From: Vulcanimicrobiota bacterium | Lineage (GTDB): Bacteria > Vulcanimicrobiota > Vulcanimicrobiia > Vulcanimicrobiales > Vulcanimicrobiaceae | DNA length: 64,000 nucleotides | NCBI GenBank assembly: GCA_963695225.1 | Contig: OY968762.1 | Span: 2,784,001 to 2,848,000, forward strand | Direction of reading: 5' to 3' | Shown here: positions 59,488 through 64,000 of the stretch, in pieces | Layout: each line of letters opens with the position of its first letter | How positions within the stretch are numbered: position 1 is the first letter of the stretch | The notes under the pieces: model-generated | Told to the model about the DNA's origin: nothing | The model's database searches: none | Seen by the model: only the letters and a program-made list of their open reading frames with translations | Made by a program: the position numbers and the translations under genes

Positions 59488-60351
59488 CTAGTCGGATGTC
59501 GCATAGTTCGACTCCAGGATCCTCCGCTGGATCGACGATAGTTCTTTGCCTTCGGATCGCAGTCGATCGCGCTGAGTGACCTGAGGACGCGCCGGGATAT
59601 CGATATCGTCAGCGAGTTGTTTCGGGCTGCGCATATCGAACGTCGAACCTGGCCCAAATAGGCCGGGCACGCCAAGCTTGACGCCGCGCATGTTTGATAG
59701 GTGCGAACTCAAGGCGATGTTCTGAACATTTCCCGGGAACGTCGCGAAGACTCGCTCGGAAAAGGAGAGGGTCGCCTCGAAGAACCTCTCAAAGCGTGTG
59801 ACGGGGTAGGCTTCCCGGTTCGACCATCGCTCGCGGAAAGCAACAAGGCCGGTCGCACAAACGCGGATACTCTGCCAGGGCGGCCCGCGTCGAACGCTAT
59901 TGCGAAATTCAAACCAACCGTCGCTCGCTTCCCAGTCGAAACCTCCCGCCGTCATCCAGCCGGCATCGACGCGGCCATCGTTGATCGTCGCTAGGACGGC
60001 GGCTTCGATATTGCGCCGAAACGCATCGGTATGGAACAGTTTGAGCGGTAGTCGATCGCGGTCGATGGGAATCGGCAAAGCGAGATGCGTGATATAGACA
60101 TTCCTTCCAAGTTCGACGCCAAAGTCGAGCGATTGGAAGTACGCGAGAGCCGCATCGATGCTGCCGGGTACGAGATCGGAGGATCCGGTGAGGGGCAGCA
60201 TGTCGATGTTCTGCCGAACCCGAGAGATGAGGAACCGGATCCGAGCAACATAGCTTGCCGCGGTCGTAGGATCGAAGGGATCACGTGCGGCCAGGGCGTC
60301 AAGCCTCTTGAGAGCCTCGTCAAGGTCGGCCGAGATCTCCGCGACGGTCAC
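59488..60351 (-). CDS. Hypothetical protein coupled to AbiEii
   Basis: 287-aa ORF; GTG overlaps the AbiEii stop (GTGA) with a GAGGAG RBS. Confidence 0.7.
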   Translation of the reverse strand: MTVAEISADLDEALKRLDALAARDPFDPTTAASYVARIRFLISRVRQNIDMLPLTGSSDLVPGSIDAALAYFQSLDFGVELGRNVYITHLALPIPIDRDRLPLKLFHTDAFRRNIEAAVLATINDGRVDAGWMTAGGFDWEASDGWFEFRNSVRRGPPWQSIRVCATGLVAFRERWSNREAYPVTRFERFFEATLSFSERVFATFPGNVQNIALSSHLSNMRGVKLGVPGLFGPGSTFDMRSPKQLADDIDIPARPQVTQRDRLRSEGKELSSIQRRILESNYATSD

Positions 60352-61253
60352 ACAGGCTCCTCATGCCAGCATTGGCCCGTATAATCCCACGTCTTCTCCA
60401 CGCCGCGAACGCGAAAATCGATCGGGCCGGCTATAAAAGGTCGAATGATTGATAGGCAGTCCGCGAGAGTCGGGGGTGCATGAGCAGCGTGTGCCCGCTT
60501 GAGAAAAGCCCTGTAATGCCGTTCGCGTTCGGGTGTTGCCGCGGCGCCCGCAATGGCCGGGATCAGCGTTTCGATGTCTGTTCCGCGTGTTGTGAAGGTC
60601 AGATCGATTGCCGTCCAGAGGGGCCCGGCATAGAAGGGCAAGCTTGCTGCCAAGCTGGCGATATCCGCGAAATCCTTGGAACGGCCATTATCATCACCGA
60701 GCGCAGCCGCAGCCTCGAGCTTCTCAGCTATGACGCTTTCCGGACTATATGCGCGCAAACGCGCATGAGGCATGCCCTCGATGAGCGTTGGGAAATCAAA
60801 GGGAACGGGTTGGTACACGCGATCGCCGAACCCGATATCGATTTGGACGGCAATACGCTCCTTCCCGAACACGATGGGAACAGTGCATCGGATACCGCCA
60901 TACTTGCTGTCTTTGCGGATGGGGACAAGTGCGATATCATCGGGCAAGAACTCGAGGCCGTCTGGTTCAACGTCGGCGGCGATCGTCTCGGTGATGAGAG
61001 AACGAACCGTGTCGAAATCACCGCCAAACGTGCCGCGCACATCGATGTCGCCGGTCGCTCGCGACATGTTGTCTGTCAAGGCGGTGACGAGCGTTCCTCC
61101 TTTGACCATAAACGCCGCTGCGTGGGGACTTTTTGAAATTCGGTAGAGCGTTCGCTCCTGAGCATACCGTATTAGAAGCAAGTTGTATGGCTGTTTCGCG
61201 ATCGGCGAAAGGCCGAGGAGCCGCTGCTTTATTGCCGCCGCCGACGTATTCAT
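60348..61253 (-). CDS. AbiEii/AbiGii nucleotidyltransferase toxin (type IV TA)
   Basis: Y..ER.LYR.S.S, KGG, R.T.DID, DIGFGD, Y..E.VIAEK.EA, R.KDF.D. Confidence 0.92.
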   Translation of the reverse strand: MNTSAAAIKQRLLGLSPIAKQPYNLLLIRYAQERTLYRISKSPHAAAFMVKGGTLVTALTDNMSRATGDIDVRGTFGGDFDTVRSLITETIAADVEPDGLEFLPDDIALVPIRKDSKYGGIRCTVPIVFGKERIAVQIDIGFGDRVYQPVPFDFPTLIEGMPHARLRAYSPESVIAEKLEAAAALGDDNGRSKDFADIASLAASLPFYAGPLWTAIDLTFTTRGTDIETLIPAIAGAAATPERERHYRAFLKRAHAAHAPPTLADCLSIIRPFIAGPIDFRVRGVEKTWDYTGQCWHEEPV

Positions 61254-61891
61254 GAGTTCGCGTCCAACGTCCTGAGCGGCGGCAAGACAAAGGCCTCCGT
61301 CTTCGTTGCGCGGGCGGCATCAGTAAACTTCTTGCGATCGTAGGCTGTGTGAAGCAGTGCGCCCAAGGCCTCGTAGGCAATATCCTCGCCGACGAGCTTG
61401 CGATATCGAAACGCATCGCAGACGCTTCGCTCCGGTGAGAAGATGCGAAAGAAGCCCCCGGTCGATGCCGCAACGCGGAGGACGTCGCGATTAAGGAGGC
61501 GTTGCGCCATCTTCACGTAACGGATCGGCAAGTCTGCGGGAGCCTCGTTATTGCTCCCCGGCGGCACGGCCAGGTCAACGGCAATCGGGATTTGCGTGGT
61601 TAACCCGTAGTGGCTGAGGGCGGACACGAGAGACACTACGCCGCGTGGAGTGATCCGGCACGCTTCGACAAAGGCAAACTCTCCGGCCGGGGGCTGGCCG
61701 GCAAGTCGATAGATCCCGTGGCGGGTTCGAAGGATCGCTCCACGGTCGAGGAGTTTGCGGATTGTGCGATCCGAGTGGCCGCCTCGGTCGATGTCGGCGC
61801 GTGTCATGACGCCCCCGCTGGCCTGCATGGCCGCGAGAAGACGCTCCGGAGCGCCGTTTCGAATCGTAAGAAATGCTGTATTTTGACTCAT
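61250..61891 (-). CDS. AbiEi family antitoxin (type IV TA)
   Basis: N-terminal wHTH (G...R...GIYRL), GVVSL.SAL..YGLTTQIP, I.S.ER.VCD.FRYR..VG.D.A.EAL; ATGA overlap with the toxin. Confidence 0.92.
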   Translation of the reverse strand: MSQNTAFLTIRNGAPERLLAAMQASGGVMTRADIDRGGHSDRTIRKLLDRGAILRTRHGIYRLAGQPPAGEFAFVEACRITPRGVVSLVSALSHYGLTTQIPIAVDLAVPPGSNNEAPADLPIRYVKMAQRLLNRDVLRVAASTGGFFRIFSPERSVCDAFRYRKLVGEDIAYEALGALLHTAYDRKKFTDAARATKTEAFVLPPLRTLDANS

Positions 61892-61908
61892 AAACCGGCT
61901 ATACGCGT

Positions 61909-61938
61909 AGTCTATATGCCTCATTATTAAAAAGTCAA
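61909..61938 (-). promoter_or_regulatory. Sigma70-type promoter of the abiE operon
   Basis: TTGACT-N18-TAGACT on the minus strand with an AT-rich spacer, ending about 18 nt before the ATG. Confidence 0.6.
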
Positions 61939-62220
61939 GTAGAGCGGTCGAGCAGTAACCAGACGAGGCGCTAGGCAGGCAGAACGCACGTTCGTTGTGG
62001 CTGCCGGTCCCTGGCAATGCGTGGTGAGGGCCAAGCAAAGAATCGCTGCAGCGGGCGCTGGCTATCGTTCGGGTCAGGCGGCAACGGCCGGTGCCACAGC
62101 GCGAGGGTGCAGAGCATGTCGCCGGCGAGGGCTGCCGTTCGCCGGGATACTACCGCCGGCAAAGCAAAGCCGAAGGCCTTCAGGCCCGACAAATGCCGGC
62201 ATGCTGGAGAAGGACCCTAC

Positions 62221-62787
62221 TCAGGTCGGATCGGAGTTTTCCTCTTCGCCAAATAGTCCCGAGACGGGGATCGCGGTGCCGAGGACTTCGAAGGTGTCGC
62301 GCTCGCTGAAGACTTGGCCATGTTCTTTGCCGAGATCGTCGGGCGAGGCGTAGCATTCGACTTGACGCAACGGGATGTTGACGATCCAGGCCGGCACGCC
62401 GGCATTCACGTAGAGCGGAATCTTGTAGTTTCGATCGACGGCGTACGTCGTGTCGGAGACTTCAATGAACGCGAACGCGTCGGCGGACGTTGGGCCGGGG
62501 CGAAAGAACCTGTCCGCAAGAACGGCGACGTCGACTTCCGGGGCATCGTTGGCTTGCCATCCGGGCACGGCGACGGCGTCTTGAGACTGGACGATGTACG
62601 GTGAATGGAAGAGGCCGTGAGCGAGAATGCGATGGAGCGCGCGCACGGCGTACCGATGAGGCTCGTTGCGCGGCGACACGTCGTAGATCACTCCTCCGAG
62701 CAACTCGGTCCGCTCCGGGATATCGAGCGCCATATACCGCTCGACGGTGAAGTGGTGCGGAGTCATTTCGGGTTCGAGGAGTTGCAT
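62221..62787 (-). CDS. Uma2 family (DUF820) endonuclease-fold protein
   Basis: FTVE.Y, EL..G.I, PE.DVAV, IEVSDTT...DR..K..LY..AGVP..WIVN. Confidence 0.9.
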   Translation of the reverse strand: MQLLEPEMTPHHFTVERYMALDIPERTELLGGVIYDVSPRNEPHRYAVRALHRILAHGLFHSPYIVQSQDAVAVPGWQANDAPEVDVAVLADRFFRPGPTSADAFAFIEVSDTTYAVDRNYKIPLYVNAGVPAWIVNIPLRQVECYASPDDLGKEHGQVFSERDTFEVLGTAIPVSGLFGEEENSDPT

Positions 62788-63151
62788 TGCCTGATGCCCC
62801 CGGCGATCTACTAGGATTCGCTAATTCCCGATTAGGCCGGACTCTTCCCAGCGTCGCGACGGCCTCACCGCCCGTTCCCACGAGGAGAGCCGAGCCGCGG
62901 CGCCCACGCTTCGTATCGCGACGGCGACGGCGTAACGCTAGTGCGGATCCGGCGCGGTCAGCGCGGCGCAGTCACCGAAGAACCCGGGAGCGGCAGCGCT
63001 CTCTTGCCGAAGTGATGACGAGCCGCCGGGCGGGCGGGCTCCCATTGGGGGGCTCGGACGGCGAACCGCGAACAGGTTCGGCCCCTTGATCCGGGAGGAA
63101 TGCCGTGGCGCGGCGAGCCGTTCTGAGCGTTCTGAGGCGCGGAGTTCCGGC

Positions 63152-63598
63152 GTGAAGCCGCCGCGCGACGCGAACAAGACTACGTCGTCACAGGTCGGCC
63201 GTTCGTCGCTGACGCGGCGAAGCGGCGGACGCCGCGGCGATCTGACGCAGATCGAATTCGAGCGCGTCGTCGAAGAAGCGCTCGAGTCGTTGCCGAAGCG
63301 GTTTGCGGATCTCATCCGCAACGTCATCATCGTCGTGGAGGAAGAGCCGACCGACGAAGACCTCGACGTCTTGGAGGAGGACGGAGACGACGCCGAACTG
63401 CTCGGCATCTACCGCGGCGTCGCGCTCACGGAACGCTCGCATGACGCGCCGCTCTTGCCCGACGAGATCGCGATCTTCCGCGGCCCGATCAATCGCGTCG
63501 CACTCAACCGCCGAGACGCGGTGGACCAAGTGCGCGAGACCGTGATCCACGAGCTGGGCCACTACTTCGGCCTCGACGACGAAGAGATGCCGTATTAG
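63152..63598 (+). CDS. Zincin-like metallopeptidase (DUF1025 type); start uncertain
   Basis: FE..V.EAL..LP, LLG.Y.G, PD.I.IFR.P, TVIHELGHYFG. Confidence 0.9.
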   Translation: MKPPRDANKTTSSQVGRSSLTRRSGGRRGDLTQIEFERVVEEALESLPKRFADLIRNVIIVVEEEPTDEDLDVLEEDGDDAELLGIYRGVALTERSHDAPLLPDEIAIFRGPINRVALNRRDAVDQVRETVIHELGHYFGLDDEEMPY

Positions 63599-63622
63599 CT
63601 GCCTTCGCGGCCCAGGCTAGCG

Positions 63623-64000
63623 TTACGGCGTCACTAGCGCATGCTCGGATACGGGCTCCGCGCCGAGCCAGGCCCAGGCGCTCGCTTCGTCCGCGAGTTC
63701 GAAATGCCGGATCTCGATCTTGAAGGCGGAATCGAGGAGCGAGACCCACGGGCCGAGCCACGGCGGGCCGCCGACGATCGCGAAGCGTTCGACCTGAGCC
63801 AGCGACCGGCGCTTGAGGTCGATGACGTCCTTGTCGAGCACGCCCGCGATCGCGGCGCCGTCGAATCGTCTCAGTCGCGCGAGCGCTCGAAGCGGCCGGT
63901 ACGCCCGAAGCGACTCGTCGAAACGGGCTGCCAGGGCCTTTTGCTCGGCGGCGCCGGGCTTTCCGTCGATGCAGAAGGCGAAGACGTTCGGCGAGCTCGT
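63623..64000 (-). CDS. STAS/SEC14 (SpoIIAA-like) domain protein; 5' end outside the window
   Basis: Frame open to the window end: NVFAF.IDGK...RFAIVGGP.W...EIRHF......AWAWL. Confidence 0.8.
   Translation of the reverse strand, partial: TSSPNVFAFCIDGKPGAAEQKALAARFDESLRAYRPLRALARLRRFDGAAIAGVLDKDVIDLKRRSLAQVERFAIVGGPPWLGPWVSLLDSAFKIEIRHFELADEASAWAWLGAEPVSEHALVTP

Larger units (their letters stand above)
57492..62200. mobile_element. Putative horizontally acquired (defence-like) island without a visible integrase
   Basis: Abrupt end of the housekeeping operon after xseB, visibly more A/T-ending codons, and six co-oriented minus-strand genes including AbiEi/AbiEii. Boundaries approximate. Confidence 0.55.

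Noticed and set aside
62790..63085. tmRNA (minus strand begins GGGGCCGAA; smpB is in the window)
   Set aside because: No GGATTCGAC, no TTCGA(A/C)T T-arm or CCACCA end, and no convincing tag frame.

Overview
A 64-kb, very GC-rich bacterial chromosome segment. It combines Firmicutes/Terrabacteria-type traits (tilS-hpt-ftsH; G5/3D gene-rsmA; accB-accC-nusB...xseA-xseB; a CGAAC-N4-GTTCG LexA box) with diderm traits (TonB-dependent receptor, exbB-exbD-exbD-tonB). This fits a lineage such as Eremiobacterota/Vulcanimicrobiota (inference, not tested). Most of 16.7-57.5 kb is housekeeping: thiM, serS, moeA, hisC-like, smpB, tilS, hpt, ftsH, glycosyltransferases, rsmA, mpg, rluB-like, aroH, tyrA, uppP, moaC/mog, folC-P-B-K, accC, nusB, PBP1A, xseAB. 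There are two accessory zones. One is a toxin-antitoxin hotspot around tRNA-Ser(TGA) at about 4.4-8.3 kb. The other is an integrase-less, compositionally distinct island at about 57.5-62.2 kb carrying an AbiE-type system and HEPN-like/PIN-like unknowns. Best leads: (1) the gene in the accB position has lost the biotin-accepting lysine (ESLGI instead of EAMKM), like plant BADC regulators; (2) an unannotated ~300-nt densely structured intergenic region at 11.0-11.3 kb with a repeated GCGTGG..CC(A/G)AGC motif; (3) a LexA-boxed operon of a degenerate RNase H-like protein plus 3-methyladenine glycosylase; (4) two more long intergenic fold-backs at 37.4 and 51.2 kb; (5) several conserved genes that seem to need non-canonical CTG/ATT starts. 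All calls come from reading motifs by eye; no database search or folding program was run.
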